The notes beneath the pieces are model-generated. The model did no database searches, was not told the DNA's origin, and was given only the letters and a program-made list of their open reading frames with translations. Below, one piece after another: positions 9,240-18,493 of a stretch of DNA of 64,000 bases. Position numbers and translations under genes: made by a program. Source of the DNA: a virus (Duplodnaviria > Caudoviricetes); IMG/VR virus record IMGVR_UViG_3300046467_000865, positions 14,366 through 78,365 of that record; one strand, given 5' to 3'. How positions within the stretch are numbered: position 1 is the stretch's first letter; each line of letters begins with the position of its first letter.

Positions 9240-9463
9240 CCGTATAATCTCTTTTTTATTTCTAAGTACTTTTTAACAGCCTTTGGTAACTCATCATTGT
9301 TATATAATTGAGAAAATCTAGCTCTATAATCACTGCAATCTACTTGAAATTTTTTGCTTTTTAGTTGTGGATAGTAATCATTCAAGCAGCATAATGAAAG
9401 TTGATTACATTCGACAGCCGACCCATCTCGCAGTGTTGATTCATAAACTAGTTGATTAGTCAT
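9236..9463 (-). CDS. hypothetical protein
   Basis: 75-aa ORF with ATGA overlaps at both ends. Confidence 0.55.
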   Translation of the reverse strand: MTNQLVYESTLRDGSAVECNQLSLCCLNDYYPQLKSKKFQVDCSDYRARFSQLYNNDELPKAVKKYLEIKKRLYG

Positions 9464-11379
9464 TTTATAATTCCATTTTTTAGTTGATAAGATACTCCCA
9501 TAATTTTGTCCAAAAAGCTAATTCCAAGTATATCAAACTTCACATGCCCCATTGCTTCCAAATCCTCCATTTCGAGTCCAGCAATCTTGTCTGAACCTCT
9601 TTTTTCGCGCACCATGGGGCACACTTGGTTTAAGTTTTCCGAAGAAATTACAACGCCAGCAGCATGCTTGCCTTGAGATTTGTAAGTGCCTTCCAACCGA
9701 ATGGCTTGTTCAAAAAGCTTACCAAGATCTCCACCAAGACTGCCGTCTTCATTCACGATACACCAATCCTTCAGATCATTTGGTTGATTAATTAGTGCCC
9801 ATCTAATGATAGAAGGATCTTCCATATCCTGTAGCTGGTCAGATATTTCAGCTTCAGATGGAATATTCTTTGTTATTTCGTTCATCTCAGCATAGCTGCA
9901 AGAATCGTGAACTCTTAAAACCTCTTTCAAAGCAGTGCGCCCTTGCATTCTACCGAACGTTATCATCTGTCCGACTTGTTCTTTTCCATAAGACTCTTTC
10001 ATGTAATTGATTACCGACTCTCTTTTTGCAGTCGGAACGTCAATATCAATATCAGGCAAAGAAACCCTGCCGTCTGCATTGCGCCCTGCGTTGTAGAATC
10101 TTTCAAAAATTAAATCATGCTGAATTGGGTCTACCTTTGTTATACCAATCAGATAGGAAATAAGACAACCTGCGGCAGAGCCTCTGCCCGGACCCGGAAG
10201 CCATCCATTTTTTTTCACGTTGTCAACAATGTCTTGAACTATCAAAAAATATCCTGAGAGATTAGCGCCTTGTATTACAGACAACTCCTGTTTTATTCTT
10301 TTTGCATATGTTTCATTTTTGGATGGATCTGAAACCACTCCGGTTAGCTGTAGCTTGTGTTTCCAACCCTCCCTACACAGATGCCTAAGATATTCATCTT
10401 CAGACATTTCATTTGGGCAAGGAAATCTGGGAAGCATTGGTTTGCCAAGAATATTGTATTCTTCGCACATATCTGCAACCAACCTTGTGTTAGCTATTTC
10501 TGACTCAGAGTTGATCGCAGAGATTTCTTCTTGGGAGGGAATATGATATCTGTTAGATTTAAAGAACACACCAAGTCCGACATCCTCGTGGTTGTCAAGT
10601 TTTCGCTGCACTTCTTTGAGCGTAGTTCGCATAGCTGAACACAGAAGGATTCTTTGGTCAGCGGCGTCTTCCATGGATGGGTAATGGGAATCCGCTGTAG
10701 CTATGCATGGTATGCCAGTTTGTTTGCTTATGTATCTTAAAGCCTCCGCAGTTACGGTTTGTGCGGGAGACATCTCTTGATCAATTAGTTGTATCTCAAG
10801 GAAAAAGTTGTCCTTTCCAAATATCTCTCTGTATTTTTCAGCAAGCTGGGTTGTTTTGCTGACCCAATCTGGATCAACAAAAGATTTTGCTTGTTCATAG
10901 GTGTTAGACCGGTAAGCAGATTTATAGTCCGAAAAGATAATATTAGACAGTTGGCTACCTAGGTGTCCAGAAAAGCTGATCAAATCCCCGTTACAGTATT
11001 CAGCCAGAGTGTCTAAATCAAGGCGTGGTTTGTGATAGAACACCTCCTCGTCATTACTAGCAGAGGTTGCTTCTATAAGCTTACACCAGCCATCAAAGTT
11101 TTTAGCCAGCACAACCAAGTGGCTTAGCTGTCTATTTTCCTTGTCTTTTATACACGGGTCTTGCTCGCATAAATAGAACTCACAACCCAATATAGGTTTG
11201 ATATTCTTTTTTTGCATCTCTTTGACGAATGAAACGGCTCCAGAAATCGTGCCGTGATCGGTGATGGCGCAAGCGTCGTACCCAAGGGTCTCACAGCGCT
11301 CTGCGACTTGCGAAGGCTTTGAGAGGCCGTCTAACAAGCTGTAGTGTGTGTGCAAGTGTAGCGGAATCCAACTCGACAT
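9460..11379 (-). CDS. dnaE: DNA polymerase III alpha, N-terminal half (PHP + palm/thumb)
   Basis: HLHTHYSLLDG, TDHG, GCEFY, TADSHY, GPGRGSAAGCL, SLPDIDID (catalytic Asps), GKHAAGVVI, KFDILG; ends shortly after this last motif. Confidence 0.95.
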   Translation of the reverse strand: MSSWIPLHLHTHYSLLDGLSKPSQVAERCETLGYDACAITDHGTISGAVSFVKEMQKKNIKPILGCEFYLCEQDPCIKDKENRQLSHLVVLAKNFDGWCKLIEATSASNDEEVFYHKPRLDLDTLAEYCNGDLISFSGHLGSQLSNIIFSDYKSAYRSNTYEQAKSFVDPDWVSKTTQLAEKYREIFGKDNFFLEIQLIDQEMSPAQTVTAEALRYISKQTGIPCIATADSHYPSMEDAADQRILLCSAMRTTLKEVQRKLDNHEDVGLGVFFKSNRYHIPSQEEISAINSESEIANTRLVADMCEEYNILGKPMLPRFPCPNEMSEDEYLRHLCREGWKHKLQLTGVVSDPSKNETYAKRIKQELSVIQGANLSGYFLIVQDIVDNVKKNGWLPGPGRGSAAGCLISYLIGITKVDPIQHDLIFERFYNAGRNADGRVSLPDIDIDVPTAKRESVINYMKESYGKEQVGQMITFGRMQGRTALKEVLRVHDSCSYAEMNEITKNIPSEAEISDQLQDMEDPSIIRWALINQPNDLKDWCIVNEDGSLGGDLGKLFEQAIRLEGTYKSQGKHAAGVVISSENLNQVCPMVREKRGSDKIAGLEMEDLEAMGHVKFDILGISFLDKIMGVSYQLKNGIIK

Positions 11380-11381
11380 TT

Positions 11382-11912
11382 TCAGTGTCCTACGGGGTCA
11401 AGATCCTTGTACGGCAGATTGTGACAATCAGTAGAAACCTTCCAGCCATTAGAAGGGTCTATGTCACCCTTTGCATAGAAACGAGCCTGTTCAAAATATT
11501 CCTTTGCGTCTTTTTGTCCGCAAACCCAAGCTCTAACAGGCTTATTTCCCTCAAACTGAATGCTTGTAAAAATATATATGTCTGGTTTTTGATGCGCACT
11601 AGTTTCCGCTACAGAGGCGTCGTAATAGTCTCTAGGAGGAACGGTCCTGCGCTTGGACTTAACCTCTATCTTTTTTTTACCTTTTATCAAATCGTGGTTG
11701 TATTTTTCTTCGCCCTCGTTGTTACTGATTATCTCGGCTTGGATATAATTGGCGACAATTTCCTCACCGAGATAACCAGCAAAATTTCCTTTGCCCTTGA
11801 GAATAGAATTATTTATCTTACCTAAATTTTTAGCCTTAGCTTGAGCGCTACTTACCATTTGTTCAGTAAATGGCACTTCTACGAGATTACTTTTTTTGGT
11901 TGAACTTTTCAT
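11382..11912 (-). CDS. putative PD-(D/E)XK endonuclease-like protein
   Basis: GYLGE...NHDL...IEVKSK pattern; likely start ATG 11912. Confidence 0.5.
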   Translation of the reverse strand: MKSSTKKSNLVEVPFTEQMVSSAQAKAKNLGKINNSILKGKGNFAGYLGEEIVANYIQAEIISNNEGEEKYNHDLIKGKKKIEVKSKRRTVPPRDYYDASVAETSAHQKPDIYIFTSIQFEGNKPVRAWVCGQKDAKEYFEQARFYAKGDIDPSNGWKVSTDCHNLPYKDLDPVGH

Positions 11913-12831
11913 AAATGTATCGCGCTGTCGCAACGTCCTCTATAGCTAGTCCTGTGGCATCAAATAGCGTGGTCCGACATCCGCTTGTCTCTACTCTGCC
12001 TTGAATCACTTCTGCTATCGGACACCATATCTGCGAAATCTTACTCTTCTTAGCATACTGTATCTCTCCAGAGTGGGAGCATTGGACCCACTCATCATAC
12101 GCAACGAGATCTACGTTTTCAAGAACGCACTGGTGGAGTTCTCTTTTTCCTTCTGCGTCTGCTCCAACAGCATTAATATGGACTACTGGTTTTAGGTATC
12201 TGTATTTAATAAATGGTTTACGTGAAGGAGTCAACGTTGTAACTATATCCACGTCCCACAAACAATTTTCAAGATCGTTGTGTACTTCTATTTCTATGGG
12301 ACTCTCTTGTCTGACTTCTAAATAATTCAAATCATCTTTTAACTTATTTGCTCGATCTTCACTAAGATCAAACAGCCGAATAACTTCAATGTCTCTTACA
12401 GAAAGCACCGCTTCTATTTGTCTAAGTGTTTGATTTCCACAGCCGATAAATGCCGCTTTTTTGGAGTACTTGGGAGATAGATGTTTAGTTGCGACTCCCG
12501 TCACTGCGGCGGTACGAATAGCGGTAAGAGTTTCTGCGTCTAGAATAGCTAGCAGATCTCCAGTTTCGATATCATTGATCATCACCATAGCAAAGATGTT
12601 GATCTTGCCAGCTTCCTTGATGTTGAGTCCAGCCCATTTGATTCCTGCTGTATTGCCTACTACCGCTGGCATTGCTCGAAAGTCCCCGTTTGGGACATTC
12701 ATATATACCTTTGGTGGCATTTGCGTATTGTCAATGTTTTTAAATAGGTCTTCTACAAGTTCTATACAGGCTGGTACTGAGAGTAAATCCGCTACTTCAT
12801 CATTGGTAAAATATTTAACCGGGAGCATCAT
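11887..12831 (-). CDS. ornithine cyclodeaminase/mu-crystallin family protein (archaeal-type alanine dehydrogenase-like)
   Basis: MPPKVY, GDFRAMPA, AGIKW, LTAIRTAA, GCGNQ, INAVGADAEGKREL, LFDATGLAIEDVA. Confidence 0.88.
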   Translation of the reverse strand: MMLPVKYFTNDEVADLLSVPACIELVEDLFKNIDNTQMPPKVYMNVPNGDFRAMPAVVGNTAGIKWAGLNIKEAGKINIFAMVMINDIETGDLLAILDAETLTAIRTAAVTGVATKHLSPKYSKKAAFIGCGNQTLRQIEAVLSVRDIEVIRLFDLSEDRANKLKDDLNYLEVRQESPIEIEVHNDLENCLWDVDIVTTLTPSRKPFIKYRYLKPVVHINAVGADAEGKRELHQCVLENVDLVAYDEWVQCSHSGEIQYAKKSKISQIWCPIAEVIQGRVETSGCRTTLFDATGLAIEDVATARYIYEKFNQKK

Positions 12832-13837
12832 AATACCCTATATTAAAGTCTGGTTTGGTACACTCCGATGTGGTCCTTTCGATACCGTTCTTCTTAATAT
12901 GTTGCTGGACATATTTACAAATATTGGTATTCGTACCTTCCCAGTCGTTCTTATAGTAATCGCATAGCTTAGTACACTTCCAATGCGATTGGTTCTGAGA
13001 TAATAACGCAGGGGATTTGTTGTTTTTTATCTGGTTGAATCTTTTTCTTAACATATTAAGAAATAATTCTTTATCCCCCTCGTCAAAGCACAGTGAGAAT
13101 GGCCCTCCATCTTTGATATAGAAAATAGTCATTATTGCCTGATCGTAATCAGGATATAACTTAGATATGGCATAATAATAGAGAAGCAATTGTGGATCAG
13201 TCTCTAATTTATTATAGTCCTTTTCTTCGCCTGTGGCCCAATTAATTCTTCTACCAGTCTTCCAATCTACAACTTCTATAACTCCATCGTCAACCTTTGT
13301 CACTAAATCTATAGTACCCTTGACGGCTAATTTACCTTTTAATTTAGTTCCGTCCTCAAGAGTGTAGTCGTATTCAGCCCAAGGTTCGTCTATCTCAAAG
13401 TCAAAGTGAGGTTCGGTATCTACAATATCTCTGTTTCTTGGATCAAACTGTCCATCATTATATTCGAGACCCATCCACGTCCATTTTCGACAATCTCTTT
13501 CGTCTTTATCTGTATATTCATGGACGCAATTGGAGGTGTAGTGTTCGAAACTTTTATCTACTATTTTATTGACAAACTCTTCTGAGTATAGTTTGCTACG
13601 AGTGAATGTGATCCTTCCAAGCGCGTCGTCTGTGACACTCATAAGGCCAGACTCTGGAAGGCTCTGGAGCCTTTTCTTGCACGACGCCAGACACTCCATC
13701 ACCTTGTGGACGATAGTGCCTTGCTGGGCCTTCTTGCCAGAAGTGGAGGGAAAACCCAAGACATAATTTATGTAATACTGCTGTTGGCAATAATCATAAC
13801 TATTGTATGATGAGCTTCTTATATAAGCTACGAGCAT
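12815..13837 (-). CDS. Cas4/RecB-like PD-(D/E)XK exonuclease
   Basis: SSSYNSYDYCQQQYY, GTIVHKVME, KGTIDLV, VVDWKTG, PQLLLY and a C-terminal CTKLC Cys cluster. Confidence 0.85.
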   Translation of the reverse strand: MLVAYIRSSSYNSYDYCQQQYYINYVLGFPSTSGKKAQQGTIVHKVMECLASCKKRLQSLPESGLMSVTDDALGRITFTRSKLYSEEFVNKIVDKSFEHYTSNCVHEYTDKDERDCRKWTWMGLEYNDGQFDPRNRDIVDTEPHFDFEIDEPWAEYDYTLEDGTKLKGKLAVKGTIDLVTKVDDGVIEVVDWKTGRRINWATGEEKDYNKLETDPQLLLYYYAISKLYPDYDQAIMTIFYIKDGGPFSLCFDEGDKELFLNMLRKRFNQIKNNKSPALLSQNQSHWKCTKLCDYYKNDWEGTNTNICKYVQQHIKKNGIERTTSECTKPDFNIGYYDAPG

Positions 13838-14460
13838 TTATTCCACTCCAAGGCGTCGGATATGATGGGAAGTTCTTCCCTAAAGATGCCCTTAATTTCA
13901 TTTGCAATATCCTGATGTTCTTTCTGAGTTGATGGATCTGTTCGCAATGTTATGTAATGAATCCAGCTTCTAACTGTTCCATTCATATACATGCGAGTCT
14001 TGGTACTCAACGGCAATAAAAATCTAGCGCTTTCTTTGGCTATCCCTCTGTCTAGTGCTTCTTCGTAAAAGCTGCTTGTTGCGTCTTGAACTTTTTTGTT
14101 GGTGTGCTCAAACCACTTTCTGTCCTCTTCTTCAAGATCGTCCCAAGAATTTTGGCGATTCTTTGTGTCTTGTCTTCTTGGCCGAACATATTCAAAACCC
14201 TGAGCCTTGGCGTATCTCTGACTAAACTCCTGAAAGGAGAAACTACGATGTCTGAGGATTTGAGCAGCTATTCCTCTGGTTGTATTGATCTCAACAACCA
14301 TGTTGGCCATTTCAAAAATAGACCAGTGTCCATGCTTGATACAAAACTTTAATAACCCGGCCACGTCTGGATTGTCTTGATTTTTAGGGTTGCTTACTCT
14401 GGCACAGTAGCCAATAGTTTTTTCTGCGTTGCAAGTCAGGGAAATAAGACTAGCTGTCAT
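13828..14460 (-). CDS. thyX: FAD-dependent thymidylate synthase
   Basis: HWSIFE, ILRHRSFSFQEFSQRY, AKESARFLLP, QKEHQ; start moved to 14460 (ATGA). Confidence 0.95.
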   Translation of the reverse strand: MTASLISLTCNAEKTIGYCARVSNPKNQDNPDVAGLLKFCIKHGHWSIFEMANMVVEINTTRGIAAQILRHRSFSFQEFSQRYAKAQGFEYVRPRRQDTKNRQNSWDDLEEEDRKWFEHTNKKVQDATSSFYEEALDRGIAKESARFLLPLSTKTRMYMNGTVRSWIHYITLRTDPSTQKEHQDIANEIKGIFREELPIISDALEWNKCS

Positions 14461-15206
14461 ATCGATGTTAACCAACCCCATTCACTAAGTATATTAAGTA
14501 GCTCTTTTGACTGCTCGTCAACGCTTACACCTTCGTTGTCAATTACTGCATCAAAACCTTCAAAAGTGTCTAAAGCTGTCTCGCTTAAATGTGCGTCTTC
14601 GTGAGGCGTCCTAGTAAGTCGTATGACTCTGCCTCCAGCTTGCTGGATGGCCTCTACTTCATCTGGAAAACGACAATCGCCAACAAGAGCTAACTCACTC
14701 TGCTCAGACTTAATTCTGTTGATGCAAAAATCAACCCAAACATCCTCTTTTAAATTCCGGCAAACGTCCGTGCCGAAATACTGAAGGAACTCTCTGGCTG
14801 TGAAATTTTCCGATTGTCTATAACCGAGACAATTCATGATTGGAGAGGGTGTATTTTTTTCTTGTTCCGACCCATAACACTGTTCGTATGTCAGGCCAAA
14901 GAAGTTAATCGCTATAGATTTTAGAGAGTCGGCAAAGTTGTAGGATTTTACAAATGGCCATATAGTATTTGAGCAATACTCAATAAATGAAGGGTCTTGA
15001 CTGTGTAAGTCAAGCCTCCCCATCTGCTGAACTTCCTCTCCCTTGTCGTCTATAAAGGTTGCGTTAACCAGAAGCTGTCCTCTTTTATCTAGAGAAAACT
15101 TTTGTATAACTTGGTTTCTTTGCAACTCATAACCATGCAAGAAATTTATGCATGTGGTTTTTCCCGCTCGTTTATGACCGCTGATGGCTAGAATTTTTTG
15201 AGTCAT
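14457..15206 (-). CDS. deoxynucleoside monophosphate kinase
   Basis: SGHKRAGKTT, FADSLK, TAREFLQYFGTDVCR, DCRFPDEV, HLSET. Confidence 0.85.
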   Translation of the reverse strand: MTQKILAISGHKRAGKTTCINFLHGYELQRNQVIQKFSLDKRGQLLVNATFIDDKGEEVQQMGRLDLHSQDPSFIEYCSNTIWPFVKSYNFADSLKSIAINFFGLTYEQCYGSEQEKNTPSPIMNCLGYRQSENFTAREFLQYFGTDVCRNLKEDVWVDFCINRIKSEQSELALVGDCRFPDEVEAIQQAGGRVIRLTRTPHEDAHLSETALDTFEGFDAVIDNEGVSVDEQSKELLNILSEWGWLTSI

Positions 15207-15370
15207 GCTGCTTTAACAAATATAAAGAAGTTGATGGACACCCACAGCAAGAGTTCAGTCCAGTAAGAGGGGACAAACCCGTGCGACACAGCGGAAATAA
15301 CTGCCGCAAACATAAAGACGTAGGCTCCAAGTCTGGGGCCAATTCCCAAGCCAATATCAAGTCTAGACAT
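15203..15370 (-). CDS. small membrane protein
   Basis: Two hydrophobic segments; probable start ATG 15370, with another 44-aa basic ORF at 15363..15497 upstream. Confidence 0.4.
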   Translation of the reverse strand: MSRLDIGLGIGPRLGAYVFMFAAVISAVSHGFVPSYWTELLLWVSINFFIFVKAA

Positions 15371-15505
15371 ATGTTTTACTTTTTCGGGTTTCTTCTTTAA
15401 AATCTTCCAAGTCAATCAGCCGTTTCACTTCTTCATCCAAAGCCTTGTGCATCGCGAATAGCATTGCTCTTTTCTGTTTCTTTTTTTTCGCGGACATTTC
15501 ATTTT

Positions 15506-16567
15506 CTATAGCTGCGGTTTTACGTGGGTGTTTATTTCTTCTACGCTCATGTCGCCCACGTCTTTTTGTAGAAGATCAACAAATTTAATGTTGTACATTC
15601 TTTCGCATTGCTCAGCAATTTTGTCTCTGGCTACCAAACCGGCTTCATCAGCGTCTGTCATCACTACAAGCGTCAAGGCTCCAGAGCGCTCCAATATGAT
15701 TCTTTGCTGTTCTCCTAGGGAGCAACCAAACATCCCCACTACATTATATATACCAGCTTCGTCCAACCTCCACACATCTCCCTGCCCCTCTACCAAAATC
15801 GCCACCTGACTTTCTAGAATATAATTTTTCGCATGCCAATAATTATATAGAGATGCTCCAGAATTGAATCCCTTGCTATTTAACCACTTGGGATTAAACT
15901 CAGAACTAGTGGACCTACCGACGCAGCCAACCATATGCTCGTGATTGCCGTCATAAACTGGGACCACAACCCTGTTAGACATCGGCTTTCGAGGTGTGTC
16001 ACACAAACCAACATCAAACTTGTCAAGGGTGTCTGGAAGAAACCCCCTGTCTATATAATAGTCGGCTGGTATCTTAATACGTTGTCTTATTTCTGATCTA
16101 GAGATACCTTTAGAAGGGTTTATTTGTTTGTTAAATACTTTGCTAGCTAGTTCAACAAATTGTTGTCTATCATTCTTTTCTGAAACTTGTATGTTGTCAA
16201 AAGAAGAATCGAGAAATTTGCAGGCGAACTTTAAGGTCTCGCCAAACCCAACTTCTTCACCTTCTCTAACGCTTAATAAACCTTGCAGGAAACCTAATAT
16301 GTCCTGTTTATATTGAGACTCACAGTGATGAGTCCAGCATCGCCAGTTGCCCTTGGCATAATCGCCGCTTATGAAAATGTTAAGAGCCGTCGTGTTGTCT
16401 CCTTCGTGAATGGGGCACGCGAAAGAGACGCGATTATCAAAAAACTCATGCTCTATCTCAAAGTAGTCTAGAAGCTCCGATATTCTGTCCACTAGCTGGT
16501 CTGATATTGCTTTTATTTTTGCTCTGTTGTCACTCGGATTCGAATGGTATTTTTTCGTTGTCATCAT
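15506..16567 (-). CDS. dnaG: DNA primase (CHC2 zinc finger + Toprim)
   Basis: ACPIHEGDN...WRCWTHHC, VEGQGD, MTDADEAG, KDVGDM. Confidence 0.88.
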   Translation of the reverse strand: MMTTKKYHSNPSDNRAKIKAISDQLVDRISELLDYFEIEHEFFDNRVSFACPIHEGDNTTALNIFISGDYAKGNWRCWTHHCESQYKQDILGFLQGLLSVREGEEVGFGETLKFACKFLDSSFDNIQVSEKNDRQQFVELASKVFNKQINPSKGISRSEIRQRIKIPADYYIDRGFLPDTLDKFDVGLCDTPRKPMSNRVVVPVYDGNHEHMVGCVGRSTSSEFNPKWLNSKGFNSGASLYNYWHAKNYILESQVAILVEGQGDVWRLDEAGIYNVVGMFGCSLGEQQRIILERSGALTLVVMTDADEAGLVARDKIAEQCERMYNIKFVDLLQKDVGDMSVEEINTHVKPQL

Positions 16568-18008
16568 TTTCTACAATAAACCCTTGAGAGTCTTGTTTGC
16601 TATTTTTTCTTAATTCGTTTCTGGTGACGCCTTCTAAAATCTTTCCAACTTCACCTATCATTGACATGTTTATATAATCCCCATCGGCTAGACCAGCGCC
16701 ATGTCTAGATACCAATGGGATTAGCTTACGATTGCCGTTTTCTTCCCCATCTTCCGCCACTTCTTCTTCTGACTTATTTTTGAATATGGAAAAACTTGTG
16801 CAGAGCCAGATAAGCCTATCGGACCCACTGACAACGTCTGTAGATTCCTTGGTGATCCCGTCTCTGTTAAGCTGGACAAAAGACAGGCATGGGCAGTCAT
16901 ACTGGACGCAAAAATTGTGCAATGACGTAATCTGAAATCCCAACACTTGAAATTCTTGTAGGCTTGAACTTATACTGTCTGATGTCATCAGCTTTAGGTA
17001 GTCATATATTATCATACAGTCGTTAGTTCTTCCGTTTTCATCGAACCCCACTTTTTGCGTTATCCATCTGCGCATTATCGACAAAGTTTCTTCAAACGGT
17101 TTTCCAGCAATGCTAATATAGTCGTAAGGAAGATCCTTCAGTTTTTCTGTACAGTTGTAAACCTTTTCTTTTTCTATAGCGCTTTTTGAAAAAGATCCAG
17201 TTGCTATGTTGTTAATAGTGATTCCGCTAAGATTGGATATAATTCTGTTCAGGTGGTCTTCTTTTGACATCTCTGTGTCAAGCATAAGAACAGGCATGCC
17301 AAGCTCGCCAGAAATGTGCATGGCAACATTATCGCCAAACATGCTTTTACCGACTTTTGGCCGAGCGGCAACAAGGTCTACACACTTCCTTCTAAACCCC
17401 CCACCAATTGCGGTGTCATACCTAGCGAACCCACTACTGAGTCCCATCATCTCGCTAGGATTCTCTTCTAGATATGTTAGGTATTCTTCAATATCGTTAC
17501 CCAGAGAAACCGGACGACTGTCATCCCCTCTGTTTGCAGAAGAGGAAAGCTCAAATATTGGAGCTTCAGCTATTGACAATATCTCATCTATAGTCTCTTC
17601 GCCACTAACCTCTGAGAGATCTGTATACGCCTGCTTAATCTTGGATTGTATCTCTCTGCAAAACTCAAGTTTTCTTATCTTAAGTGCGTGTTTTCTGACA
17701 TTTTCTAAGTGTATGGGAAAGGTGAATATAGACCTTATGTACTCTAGCTCTTTTTTGGACTGAAGCGCTTCATAGAAGTTTAACTCGGTTGCTGATGAAA
17801 GTATAGAAGATATATCTACTTGGTCTGAATTATCAAGAACTTTTTTCAAACACTTGTAAATAATTTGATTGGATTCATGAACAAATGTACCTCCAGTAAT
17901 AATATCATCAACATCAACAAGGGCGGTGTGACCATACTGACATATGCCCGAAAGAACCGCCCTTTCCGCAGCGGGGTCTTGCAAAGACTGTTGTTTCATA
18001 TTTTTCAA
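16530..18008 (-). CDS. dnaB: replicative DNA helicase
   Basis: AERAVLSG N-domain, AARPKVGKS Walker A, LDTEM, IIYDYLKLM, VQLNR, SGSDRL. Confidence 0.95.
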   Translation of the reverse strand: MKNMKQQSLQDPAAERAVLSGICQYGHTALVDVDDIITGGTFVHESNQIIYKCLKKVLDNSDQVDISSILSSATELNFYEALQSKKELEYIRSIFTFPIHLENVRKHALKIRKLEFCREIQSKIKQAYTDLSEVSGEETIDEILSIAEAPIFELSSSANRGDDSRPVSLGNDIEEYLTYLEENPSEMMGLSSGFARYDTAIGGGFRRKCVDLVAARPKVGKSMFGDNVAMHISGELGMPVLMLDTEMSKEDHLNRIISNLSGITINNIATGSFSKSAIEKEKVYNCTEKLKDLPYDYISIAGKPFEETLSIMRRWITQKVGFDENGRTNDCMIIYDYLKLMTSDSISSSLQEFQVLGFQITSLHNFCVQYDCPCLSFVQLNRDGITKESTDVVSGSDRLIWLCTSFSIFKNKSEEEVAEDGEENGNRKLIPLVSRHGAGLADGDYINMSMIGEVGKILEGVTRNELRKNSKQDSQGFIVENDDNEKIPFESE

Positions 18009-18493
18009 TTCCTACAGCAAGCGGTGCATCTATAAAAATCTCTAACGTGAGAAGGGTGGATTAACTCTTCCTTGCCACATACGCTACATTCTATGGCGAC
18101 ATCGCTTTTAGCCGCTCGCCTTACTCTGGTGACAGGTTTAATAGATTTATCATCTATCAATCCACTAGTATCTTCCGCTTCTATTGAGCCATCATCTTCA
18201 AACTTGTTTCCCCTGTCTGACAAATCCAATATTTCTTTTTTGGCCGTATGTCTTCTGGCTGTTTCTTGTGTTCCGGCGGGCATTGTAAAATCATCGTCGT
18301 CTTTTTCTACTGTCTCGCTTACATCTTTTTTATTATCAGGGACTTTTTCAATTTCTTTAACGCTCATTCCGGCCAACTTCTCCCCCATGAATTCTTCAAG
18401 ACTGTCTTGGATTAGCTTTATATCGTTTGTTAGCACTCCTGTTTCCACATTGTCTGTAAATAATTTTATGGCGTCCATCCATTTAGGTGACAT
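18005..18493 (-). CDS. hypothetical protein with C-terminal zinc ribbon
   Basis: CSVC...CTAC. Confidence 0.55.
   Translation of the reverse strand: MSPKWMDAIKLFTDNVETGVLTNDIKLIQDSLEEFMGEKLAGMSVKEIEKVPDNKKDVSETVEKDDDDFTMPAGTQETARRHTAKKEILDLSDRGNKFEDDGSIEAEDTSGLIDDKSIKPVTRVRRAAKSDVAIECSVCGKEELIHPSHVRDFYRCTACCRN

Noticed and set aside
928-11379. Split intein joining the DnaE halves
   Set aside because: No intein N-terminal block after KFDILG, no HN/C junction in the C-half, and the cyanobacterial insertion site is uninterrupted.
12815-13837. CRISPR-Cas system suggested by the Cas4-like gene
   Set aside because: No other cas genes and no repeat-spacer array seen anywhere in the window; solo Cas4-like nucleases are common in phage replication modules.
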